The position numbers and the translations under genes were made by a program. A model generated the notes under the pieces. It was not told the origin of the DNA. It searched no databases and saw only the letters and a program-made list of their open reading frames with translations. 10,816 bases of DNA, from the UHGV virus genome UHGV-0110205; one strand, 5' to 3'. The stretch comes from a virus. Shown here piece after piece: positions 1-6,495 of this stretch (its first letter is position 1; each line of letters starts with the position of its first letter).

Positions 1-30
1 TCGTAGGTTCGACTCCTATTATCGGCACCA
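1..30 (+). tRNA. thrW: 3' end of a tRNA-Thr gene (T-psi-C arm, acceptor stem, CCA), truncated by the window edge; bacterial side of the prophage attachment site
   Basis: tcgtaggttcgactcctattatcggcacca carries a GGTTCGA-type T-loop and terminal CCA and matches my recollection of the thrW 3' end. The integrase stop codon lies 15 bp away, convergent. Identity is recalled, not searched. Confidence 0.6.
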
Positions 31-44
31 TTTAAATCAATAAG

Positions 45-1205
45 TTACCTCGCATTTAAGTAAACTACGTTCTCCTCTTGTGCCGTATTTGTGCCATTGC
101 GACTTATAATCGCATCGATTTTGCTCGCGTGCTCGGTGAGATGCCCGGCTGAAAGGTGGGCGTATCTTTGAACCATTTCGAGAGTTTCCCATCCTCCCAT
201 CTCTTTAAGCGCAAGAAGAGAGACACCGGACTGAACCAGCCAGCTTGCCCAAGTATGCCTCAGGTCATGGAAGCGGAAGTTGCTAATGCCTGCCCGCTTT
301 AACGCTCCCTTCCATGCCTTGTTGCTGTCGGTTCTCATCTTCCTTACCGCTGCTGTTTTTGTTCCGTCGCTTCGGTAGGCAGGTTTGGTGTGGACAAACA
401 CCCATCTCTTATGGAGACCCTGCTGTTTTCTTAATATCTGGCATGCGGTTTCGTTAAGAGGAACTCCGATCGCATTGCCAGCTTTTGTTTCATCAGGGTG
501 CATCCATGCCATTTTCTTATCCAGATCGACCTGTGACCACTCAAGGTCTGTAACGTTGGAACGGCGAAGGCCTGTCGTGATTGCAAACATGACCACAGGG
601 AAGAAATGAGGAGCAATTTCTGCAAACAGGCGCTTCGACTCCTCCTCTGTAAGCCATCTGATTCGTCCATTCTTAACGCGTGGTGTTGATATTTTGGGCG
701 CCCTGTCAAGCCATCCCCATTCAACAGCCATATTGAGAATAGCGCGAAGTATTGCCAGATGCCGCGTCTTCGTTCCTTTGCTTGCCAGCTTTGGTTTATA
801 CTCCGGCACTGGCTTGCCAAGCCGCAAACACCTGTCCCGGCTCATTTCCCAGTTCAGGCGATGGCGGCGGTTTTCCATCCCGTCTACCGCCTCCATTATT
901 TTTTCTGTTGTTATGTCAGAGAGAATGGTTTCTCTGAAGTGCAACATCCAGAACGATATAATGCTCTTGTCATCATCAATGGACTTCTTATCCGATTTCT
1001 CACGCAGCCACCGTATGCAGGCTTCCTTGAATAGCTTTTTCGGCGATTCCCCGAGATTTTTTACTCTCCACGCTTCTGCTTTCAGACGATCGTGAAGTTC
1101 TTGCGCTTGCCTTTTGTCCGATGTTTCAAGAGAGCGTCTAACTCTTGATCCATCTGGCGCGACGAAATCGCAGTGCCACGTGCCACCGCGTAGTTTGATT
1201 GACAT
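45..1205 (-). CDS. int: Tyrosine-type phage integrase (P22-like Int family)
   Basis: 386-aa ORF; C-terminal catalytic region HDLRHTWASWLVQSGV...MVQRYAHL (R/H-x-x-R...Y); N-terminus and internal blocks resemble P22 Int from memory. AGGAGG lies 7 nt upstream of ATG 1205. Adjacent to tRNA 3' end. Confidence 0.95.
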   Translation of the reverse strand: MSIKLRGGTWHCDFVAPDGSRVRRSLETSDKRQAQELHDRLKAEAWRVKNLGESPKKLFKEACIRWLREKSDKKSIDDDKSIISFWMLHFRETILSDITTEKIMEAVDGMENRRHRLNWEMSRDRCLRLGKPVPEYKPKLASKGTKTRHLAILRAILNMAVEWGWLDRAPKISTPRVKNGRIRWLTEEESKRLFAEIAPHFFPVVMFAITTGLRRSNVTDLEWSQVDLDKKMAWMHPDETKAGNAIGVPLNETACQILRKQQGLHKRWVFVHTKPAYRSDGTKTAAVRKMRTDSNKAWKGALKRAGISNFRFHDLRHTWASWLVQSGVSLLALKEMGGWETLEMVQRYAHLSAGHLTEHASKIDAIISRNGTNTAQEENVVYLNAR

Positions 1206-1429
1206 GCTTTAACCTCCTGCACATCAACCGCATTCACCGCGCTATTGTGTCTTACAGACTTAAGCGCCGCAATGCAGTCTGACTTGCAAATGCGATATGG
1301 GCTTTTAGGTTTATCTGGATTTATCTTTGCGGCCTGAAGTCGTCCACTTCGTATCCACTGCGTGATAGTGCCTTTGTCTACCTTCAGATACGACGCCGCC
1401 TCTTCACGAGTGAAGATTTCTTCTTCCAC
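1082..1429 (-). CDS. xis: Excisionase / DNA-binding recombination directionality factor (HTH, AlpA/Xis-like)
   Basis: 115-aa ORF with GTG start preceded by GGAGA (6-nt spacing). N-terminal TREEAASYLKVDKGTITQWIRSGRL resembles excisionase-type HTH. 3' end overlaps int start by 124 nt. Position immediately upstream of int. Confidence 0.6.
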   Translation of the reverse strand: MEEEIFTREEAASYLKVDKGTITQWIRSGRLQAAKINPDKPKSPYRICKSDCIAALKSVRHNSAVNAVDVQEVKACQSNYAVARGTAISSRQMDQELDALLKHRTKGKRKNFTIV

Positions 1430-1519
1430 CTGGAATCTCCATTTATTGAATTGGTATTATTGCGGTAGGTCTGGATATCATTGAGCAATGAACAGGACTC
1501 ATCGAGTGTGAGGCTGTGG

Positions 1520-1864
1520 TTAGTCCTTGCGTAACTCGCTAATTCTTCTGTAAGTCTCTGGTGCTTTGTTTCCGTGTATCTTCATTTCAGACTTCAACAG
1601 AGCAACGAGTGAATCCCATTCGTTGAGGATGCCTTTGAATGCCGGAACGCGCTTTGCAACCTTGTTGAATGAATCCCTGATTTCTGGAATCTGCTCAACA
1701 AGTGCAACGCATCGTCGGAAATCGGCTGCATCATGTGGAGCGCCGAAGTGATGACCATAGATATTCTTTTTCAGTCCACATGCGATTGAGGCAAGAGTTG
1801 CGCTACTGATGCCGACATCGCCAGTCGATTGCCATTTCAAAACCTTCATAGCCAAATCTGACAT
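1520..1864 (-). CDS. Hypothetical protein, 114 aa (ea-region accessory gene)
   Basis: ORF MSDLAMKVLKWQ... with GGAGA 6 nt upstream of ATG 1864. Non-repetitive composition; same strand as operon. Lies 39 nt downstream of an intrinsic terminator. Confidence 0.55.
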   Translation of the reverse strand: MSDLAMKVLKWQSTGDVGISSATLASIACGLKKNIYGHHFGAPHDAADFRRCVALVEQIPEIRDSFNKVAKRVPAFKGILNEWDSLVALLKSEMKIHGNKAPETYRRISELRKD

Positions 1865-1902
1865 TTCTTGTCTCCATAAAACAAAACTCGCCGTAGCGAG
1901 TT

Positions 1903-1933
1903 CAGATAAAAGAAAACCCGCACTCGGCGGGTT
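1903..1933 (-). terminator. Rho-independent terminator (minus strand)
   Basis: 7-bp GC-rich stem aacccgc/gcgggtt (1915-1921, 1927-1933) with 5-nt loop. On the minus strand it is followed by uucuuuuaucu (revcomp of 1904-1914). Confidence 0.5.
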
Positions 1934-2212
1934 CGCATTCGTTCAAATTGCGTTTACTTCTTGGCGTTCTGTTCATCCATATCGATATACCATGGGTTGC
2001 TTCCCTTGGGCATGTTTAACGACTGCTCGCGATAGTATCTGATGCGCTCCATGAAATACTCGCGTGAGTGCTCAGGTTGCTCTCATGATACCTGCTCAGT
2101 GATAACAGGTATGTTAAGGCGCTCTCTGTACTCCATGCCTGATGCTGCAAGGTCAACGTTTACCTTGTTCTGTTTTTCTTTCGATTTCTCGGCGATGTTA
2201 TGCCTGACATTG

Positions 2213-2455
2213 TCAACCCGCCTCCTTCTGAACATAACGGTTATAAATCAGTCCCTGAGGGCCATAAGGAAGCGGGATGTGCAACTCCTCTGGTTCAGAA
2301 ACTATCCATTCTCCGGCCATCTCCGCTGGAGAGGTAATGATAAGTTGTTTGCTAATAAAAGGACCACTCCTCTCAACAACAAGCTTACCATCTTCATTAA
2401 TAAAAGCTTGGATGTCAGGTGTGCTTCCACACTTGGTGATGCAGCGTTTGAACAT
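2213..2455 (-). CDS. Hypothetical protein, 80 aa (moron-like cargo gene)
   Basis: ORF MFKRCITKCGSTPDIQAFINEDGKLVVERSG...; GGGAGA 6 nt upstream of ATG 2455. The ORF-track start at 2497 would lie upstream of the predicted -10, so I prefer 2455. Confidence 0.5.
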   Translation of the reverse strand: MFKRCITKCGSTPDIQAFINEDGKLVVERSGPFISKQLIITSPAEMAGEWIVSEPEELHIPLPYGPQGLIYNRYVQKEAG

Positions 2456-2485
2456 TTTGTGTCTCCCCATTTTATGGACGGGGTA

Positions 2486-2494
2486 ATTATAACA
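2486..2494 (-). promoter_or_regulatory. Candidate extended -10 promoter (TGTTATAAT) for the 80-aa gene
   Basis: Reverse complement of 2486-2494 is TGTTATAAT (TGn plus perfect TATAAT). Lies in a 126-bp AT-rich intergenic stretch, about 30 nt upstream of the SD/ATG of the 2455 gene. No good -35. Confidence 0.25.
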
Positions 2495-2581
2495 CATTGA
2501 AATATAGTAATATTTGACGTAGATTTCTTTTGATCTATAAGCGATTTTTTAATGCTTTTAAGTTATAAATACTTGTTTTCA

Positions 2582-3253
2582 TCACCCATCTTGCTGCGGT
2601 GCTACTATTGAAAAGTGCTCACACCCTTTAGCCCAAATAGTTTTGATAGTTGTCCAACTGACTGGAACCTTGATTTCGATTCTCCCGCTACAGTCACAAG
2701 TTTCGCAATCATCATCACCAAAGCATTCCGGGCAGCTTATAAACGTAGTTTCTGAAAATTCACCGGATAGCACACCCTTAGCGCCGTTCTCGGCTGTTAG
2801 TCTCTTCGGCACCATGACCCAACCATCCGGAATTACCGGAGAGTTGCCGGGTTCTTTAATGTGCAAGCGAGGCTCACCATCTTTTGGCTCAGGCCACTGG
2901 CGCTCCATGTTGATCTTCAATTTATCTTCCATAGCAGCGGTAATTTCAGCATCGCTGATGCCAGCACGGCGCTGTGAATCCCACAACAGAAACTGCATAT
3001 CAGCCCACTCGCTAAGATCGTCTGGTTCGGCTGCGGCTTCCAGTGCCTCTTTTGAGAGGTGTTTCAGTGGACCAATGGGGCCAACGCAGCCAAATGTGGA
3101 GTCAGACCATTTGGCATGCTCGTGGCGAATCTGTTCGCGTTCCAGTGATGCCAGTGCAATTCGTGCCAGTTCCATTTGTTCGCCACGAGTAAGCCCGTTT
3201 TCAAGCGGATTTTTAATGAATAATTCGATACGTTCTTTGGTAATAGTGGTCAT
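2582..3253 (-). CDS. DUF550 / MazG-like nucleotide pyrophosphohydrolase-domain protein (P22 EaA-like) with Cys-rich C-terminal region
   Basis: 223-aa ORF; AAGGTGA 7 nt upstream of ATG 3253. N-terminal block HEHAKWSDSTFG...GPLKHLSKEALE...DDLSEWAD resembles MazG/DUF550 motifs from memory. C-terminus has CPECFGDDDCETCDCSG. Confidence 0.7.
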   Translation of the reverse strand: MTTITKERIELFIKNPLENGLTRGEQMELARIALASLEREQIRHEHAKWSDSTFGCVGPIGPLKHLSKEALEAAAEPDDLSEWADMQFLLWDSQRRAGISDAEITAAMEDKLKINMERQWPEPKDGEPRLHIKEPGNSPVIPDGWVMVPKRLTAENGAKGVLSGEFSETTFISCPECFGDDDCETCDCSGRIEIKVPVSWTTIKTIWAKGCEHFSIVAPQQDG

Positions 3254-3255
3254 AG

Positions 3256-3447
3256 CTATTTCACCTTAATCTCAACATTTCGCAGCTTTAGCTCTACTGG
3301 CAGGTCTGACTTTCCTGTTAATGCTAATGCGAGATTTTCTGGGGTAATGAGAGCAGTTATTGCTTTCCCCATTGCCAGACGAATAATTATTCGTATTTCG
3401 CGATCGTCACATGCTCCTGGTCGAACGATTGATATTTGTCCGTCCAT
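3256..3447 (-). CDS. Hypothetical small protein, 63 aa
   Basis: AAGGAGA 5 nt upstream of ATG 3447; tightly packed between flanking genes (2-nt gaps), consistent with operon context. Confidence 0.5.
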   Translation of the reverse strand: MDGQISIVRPGACDDREIRIIIRLAMGKAITALITPENLALALTGKSDLPVELKLRNVEIKVK

Positions 3448-3448
3448 C

Positions 3449-4165
3449 TCACTCTCCTTTGATGCGAATGCCAGCGGAGCGGATTGCAGCGATGACTTCA
3501 GAAACTTTGTATGCCATTACCGTTTGGTAATCCTCGTGGAAATCTGTTCGATGAAGCATGCTGCTACGTTCCGGGAGCAGTATTTCCCGCGCTTCCAGTT
3601 CTGCAATGCGCTTCTCTGCGGCTTCCAGCTTCTCGCGCATATCGTCAACGTACTCGACCAGAGAACCGCCAGCAGGAATTTCGCACTCCTCGACCAGTTG
3701 GAAGTAGATATCAGCTGCGGCCCGTGTGTTGCTATGCCTAGCGTCGCCCATCTCACCTTCACGAAGAGCATCGCGTTCGGCGGTAAGATTGGCTATTTTG
3801 CTGTCTTTGCCTTCCAGCTCAACGCGCAGCCTCCCAACCGTAAGCGCAATATCCTCGTTCTCCTGGTCGCGGCGTTTGATGTATTGCTGGTTTCTTTCCC
3901 GTTCATCCAGCAGTGCCAGCACGGTAGCCGGATTGGCTGCAGCGATGAATTCAGCATTGGCCTGCTGTTCCATTTGGAAATCTTCATCGAAACCGCTTTC
4001 AGGATGCGCTCCTTCAATTCTGCAAATGGGAAGATATCCAACAACTTCACGATGAATTAGCGCATCACCAGCATCAAATCTCTCCTCTCCATATTCGAGC
4101 GACCACACACCACACGTTGCTTTCTCTGCCTTTTCACGCAGCGCCTGATAGTTAATTTTGGTCAT
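3449..4165 (-). CDS. Ead/Ea22-like protein
   Basis: 238-aa ORF; N-terminal NYQALREKAEKATCGVWSLEY...AEFIAAANPATVLALLDE matches my recollection of the Ead/Ea22 family signature; central coiled-coil-like acidic region. Upstream stop/start are adjacent. Confidence 0.75.
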   Translation of the reverse strand: MTKINYQALREKAEKATCGVWSLEYGEERFDAGDALIHREVVGYLPICRIEGAHPESGFDEDFQMEQQANAEFIAAANPATVLALLDERERNQQYIKRRDQENEDIALTVGRLRVELEGKDSKIANLTAERDALREGEMGDARHSNTRAAADIYFQLVEECEIPAGGSLVEYVDDMREKLEAAEKRIAELEAREILLPERSSMLHRTDFHEDYQTVMAYKVSEVIAAIRSAGIRIKGE

Positions 4166-4166
4166 A

Positions 4167-4466
4167 TCACATCACCCTGAAGCCGTTGCATTTACGTAAG
4201 AAATCGCAGATATAGCCCTTCATTTTTTCATGCCAATCTCGATCATTCCCATTGCACCAACCATCAGGTGGAGTCCAGTTTTCTATCAGAGCAGCCATTT
4301 TCTTTGCTTTCGCCGGAGTAGCTGTTGCGGTATCGCAGTAATGACGAGTGTCAACCAACGCATCCATACCATCGATATCAAGTACGCAAAACCATGTGTG
4401 ATTCGGCATTCCAACAGATGGTATTTGTTGCCCACGTCGACGTTTATCAATAAGACATACACTCAC
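4167..4466 (-). CDS. Hypothetical protein, 99 aa (GTG start)
   Basis: AAGGAGG 6 nt upstream of GTG at 4466; start overlaps stop of upstream ORF as GTGA (translational coupling). The ORF-track start at 4487 lacks an RBS. Confidence 0.55.
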   Translation of the reverse strand: MSVCLIDKRRRGQQIPSVGMPNHTWFCVLDIDGMDALVDTRHYCDTATATPAKAKKMAALIENWTPPDGWCNGNDRDWHEKMKGYICDFLRKCNGFRVM

Positions 4467-4630
4467 TGCTTGCCTCCTTTGCGCCACATCGCATTCAGAT
4501 ATTTGTTTTGATTTACTGACGGAAAAGAATTTCTCTTAAGCAATTCCTCTCTCGATGGCATTGGCTTTACGCGTTGGCGAATAATCATTTCTGCCGGAAG
4601 AATGCCGGGATTGTATGCAAGTCCTCTCAT
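4463..4630 (-). CDS. Hypothetical small protein, 55 aa
   Basis: GAGGA 7 nt upstream of ATG 4630. The long ORF-track version (start 4780) overlaps the abc2-like gene out of frame, so the shorter form is preferred. Confidence 0.4.
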   Translation of the reverse strand: MRGLAYNPGILPAEMIIRQRVKPMPSREELLKRNSFPSVNQNKYLNAMWRKGGKQ

Positions 4631-4640
4631 GGTAAATTCC

Positions 4641-4934
4641 TCAGTCATTACTGATAGCGCCATAGCGTGAGCGGTAATTACGCAGGCGCGGGTCAATTTC
4701 AGGGAAGTGGGTATATGTGGCTTTGCGGAATGGTCGGATTGATGTCTGGTAAATTCGATCGCGTTCTTCTTTCTCTGCAAGCCATATACAGTGGCGAAAT
4801 TCCTTTTCCTCTTTCGTTTCCTGCGGTAGCGACATTATTCGATCGTAGTTTTTTCTGAATTTATCCAGCACCTCCGATACGGAATTGCCGGAACAGCGGC
4901 GCGCGTCGTCCGCACCATACAGAGGCGCTGGCAT
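4641..4934 (-). CDS. abc2: Abc2-like anti-RecBCD protein (recalled similarity to P22 Abc2)
   Basis: 97-aa [29 protein letters not shown]...; AAGGA 7 nt upstream of ATG 4934. Located downstream of erf/ssb as in P22-type recombination modules. Family assignment is from memory. Confidence 0.6.
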   Translation of the reverse strand: MPAPLYGADDARRCSGNSVSEVLDKFRKNYDRIMSLPQETKEEKEFRHCIWLAEKEERDRIYQTSIRPFRKATYTHFPEIDPRLRNYRSRYGAISND

Positions 4935-4957
4935 AATGGAATCCTTATGTTGCTACT

Positions 4958-5341
4958 TTAGAAGGGAATTGAATCGTCGTATTCAGGATGATTTTGATGA
5001 TTGCTACTTTGCTGCTGTTGGCTGTTTCCTGAAGTTGCAAATCCAATCCTTGCATTCAGTAATTCAAGAGTGATTGATTGACCATTTTGCCCCTGATAAA
5101 CATCAACCCTGATGTTTTCTCCGGTAATTTCTACAATGCCACCTTCAACAAGAACACTACGGTAGTAATCCGCTTGCGCTCCCGGCTTGGCAAATACAAC
5201 GGCGCTGTAGTTTGTCCATTCTTTCTTTTTTGTCTGGCGATCGTAATACTGAACGCCAGCACGGATGTTGAATCCGATATTTTCCCCGGCCTGAAACTCT
5301 CTTGCGGGCTTGTTTAGTCTTACAGTAATCGAATGTGCCAT
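4958..5341 (-). CDS. ssb: Phage single-stranded DNA-binding protein
   Basis: 127 aa from ATG 5341; canonical SSB acidic C-terminal tail ...PEYDDSIPF preceded by Gln/Ser-rich linker. Start overlaps erf stop as TAATG. Confidence 0.75.
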   Translation of the reverse strand: MAHSITVRLNKPAREFQAGENIGFNIRAGVQYYDRQTKKKEWTNYSAVVFAKPGAQADYYRSVLVEGGIVEITGENIRVDVYQGQNGQSITLELLNARIGFATSGNSQQQQSSNHQNHPEYDDSIPF

Positions 5342-5946
5342 TAAGCAGCCGCTCCTTCTAATTCGTCTCGTCTGATGTTGTAAACGTCCTGCGCTTTGTG
5401 CTGCTCCGGTGTGCCTTCGAGCATCTTCCACGCTTTGGCGAACGCCTGTTTAAGCTCTTCCACGGTGTTTTTCTGCAATGCTGCGTCAGTGAATGCTTTT
5501 AGAACCTGTTCAGGTGTAGGTGATGGTTTTGATTGCTTTACTGCTGCGTTCTGCTGATGTTTATGCTCGTCTGTATCTGCATCTTTCGCATCATCAATGC
5601 CGAACAAACCATTAAGGCAATACTTGCGCGCATAAGAGCTTGTAGCTCCAGTAACTTGTGCAGAATCCATTCCTTTCTTGCTTTCTTCCTCTCGTGCAAG
5701 AGCGGTTGCCGTATGACTGTTTTCGCCATCGGTAATAGTTGCCGTGGCTTTCACGTAATACCGATCACCAATCAACACAACTTCATCGCTGATTGATAAA
5801 AACAGGCCATTCAGTAACGGCTTAACGCCTTCAAGAATGTCTTCGCAGCTTCTGTATTTATATTTGCCGAATGAGTTGTACTGATTCTTTGGCGCGTTCA
5901 GATTCTCCTGAATAGCTGCCAGTCTTGCGTAAAATTCTTTGCTCAT
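5341..5946 (-). CDS. erf: Erf-family single-strand annealing protein (P22 Erf-like)
   Basis: 201 aa from ATG 5946 (MSKEFYARLAAIQENLNAPKNQYNSFGKYKYRSCEDILEGVKPLL...), matching my recollection of P22 Erf. The ORF-track start is an upstream TTG. Confidence 0.9.
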   Translation of the reverse strand: MSKEFYARLAAIQENLNAPKNQYNSFGKYKYRSCEDILEGVKPLLNGLFLSISDEVVLIGDRYYVKATATITDGENSHTATALAREEESKKGMDSAQVTGATSSYARKYCLNGLFGIDDAKDADTDEHKHQQNAAVKQSKPSPTPEQVLKAFTDAALQKNTVEELKQAFAKAWKMLEGTPEQHKAQDVYNIRRDELEGAAA

Positions 5947-5956
5947 ATGATTGTTC

Positions 5957-6127
5957 TCAGAATGGACACGGCCCAAGGAAATAACGCTGATTTAATACTT
6001 CGACTCGTGACAAATTAAGGCATACCCGCATTCCTTCGCGGTCGCCATTATGGCGATACCAGAGAGCTTTCTGCGTGTACATGCGTCTCTGTAACTTGCT
6101 CTCCTTCACTGTGGTTGCAAGTGACAT
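5957..6127 (-). CDS. Small protein, 56 aa, at the position of P22 arf (accessory recombination function)
   Basis: AAGGAGA 5 nt upstream of ATG 6127; MSLATTVKESKLQRRMYTQKALWYRHNGDREGMRVCLNLSRVEVLNQRYFLGPCPF; ends 11 nt before erf. Not in ORF track (<60 aa). Function inferred from position only. Confidence 0.4.
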   Translation of the reverse strand: MSLATTVKESKLQRRMYTQKALWYRHNGDREGMRVCLNLSRVEVLNQRYFLGPCPF

Positions 6128-6202
6128 GAATATCTCCTTCGTTACCGATTAAATCTTTCATCTGACGAATGAATTCTTCGTCTGACCAGTTATCTGTAAA
6201 AC

Positions 6203-6355
6203 TCATTTCCTGCGATACCACGGAAGGTTGATAGCTGATTTCATCGCTTTATTTGCTTCAAACCACATTTTGGAATCACCAATAAATCTGGCTATTACTG
6301 CTTTGTTTTGTGCAGCACGAAGCATCTGGTGATTGATGGCTATTTCATTGCGCAT
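6203..6355 (-). CDS. kil: Kil-like host-killing/cell-division inhibitor small protein
   Basis: 50-aa ORF MRNEIAINHQMLRAAQNKAVIARFIGDSKMWFEANKAMKSAINLPWYRRK. Motif IARFIGDSKMWFEA resembles lambda Kil IATFIGDEKMFREA as recalled. GAGGT 6 nt upstream of ATG 6355 (alternative ATG at 6325). Overlaps cIII 3' end. Confidence 0.5.
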   Translation of the reverse strand: MRNEIAINHQMLRAAQNKAVIARFIGDSKMWFEANKAMKSAINLPWYRRK

Positions 6356-6471
6356 AATAAGACCTCAACTCTTTTCCATCCGTCACGTAATTTACGGGTG
6401 ATTCGTTCAAGTAAAGATTCATTTAGTTGGAAGGCACCCATGCGAGCGCCTCCCGCGATTGCGTAAATCAT
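6340..6471 (-). CDS. cIII: CIII-like FtsH (HflB) inhibitor
   Basis: 43-aa ORF MIYAIAGGARMGAFQLNESLLERITRKLRDGWKRVEVLLCAMK. Core ESLLERITRKLRDGWKR matches the lambda CIII amphipathic helix. AAGGA 7 nt upstream of ATG 6471. Confidence 0.7.
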   Translation of the reverse strand: MIYAIAGGARMGAFQLNESLLERITRKLRDGWKRVEVLLCAMK

Positions 6472-6495
6472 GGGTGGTTCCTTATGTTGGTTTTA

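Noticed and set aside
385-1095. Several plus-strand ORFs (74-133 aa) within the integrase gene
   Set aside because: All lie antisense to the strongly supported integrase; no RBS; low-complexity translations.
2042-2500. Plus-strand 152-aa ORF (and nested 69-aa ORF) opposite the 80-aa moron gene
   Set aside because: Cys/Ser/Leu-rich composition, no SD, wrong strand for the operon; it would read through the AT-rich promoter-like region and the terminator hairpin.
3347-4060. Plus-strand 237-aa ORF and other ORFs overlapping the Ead/Ea22-like gene
   Set aside because: Antisense or alternate frame of a gene with family-like sequence and correct operon context; Ser/Arg/Leu-rich translation, no SD.
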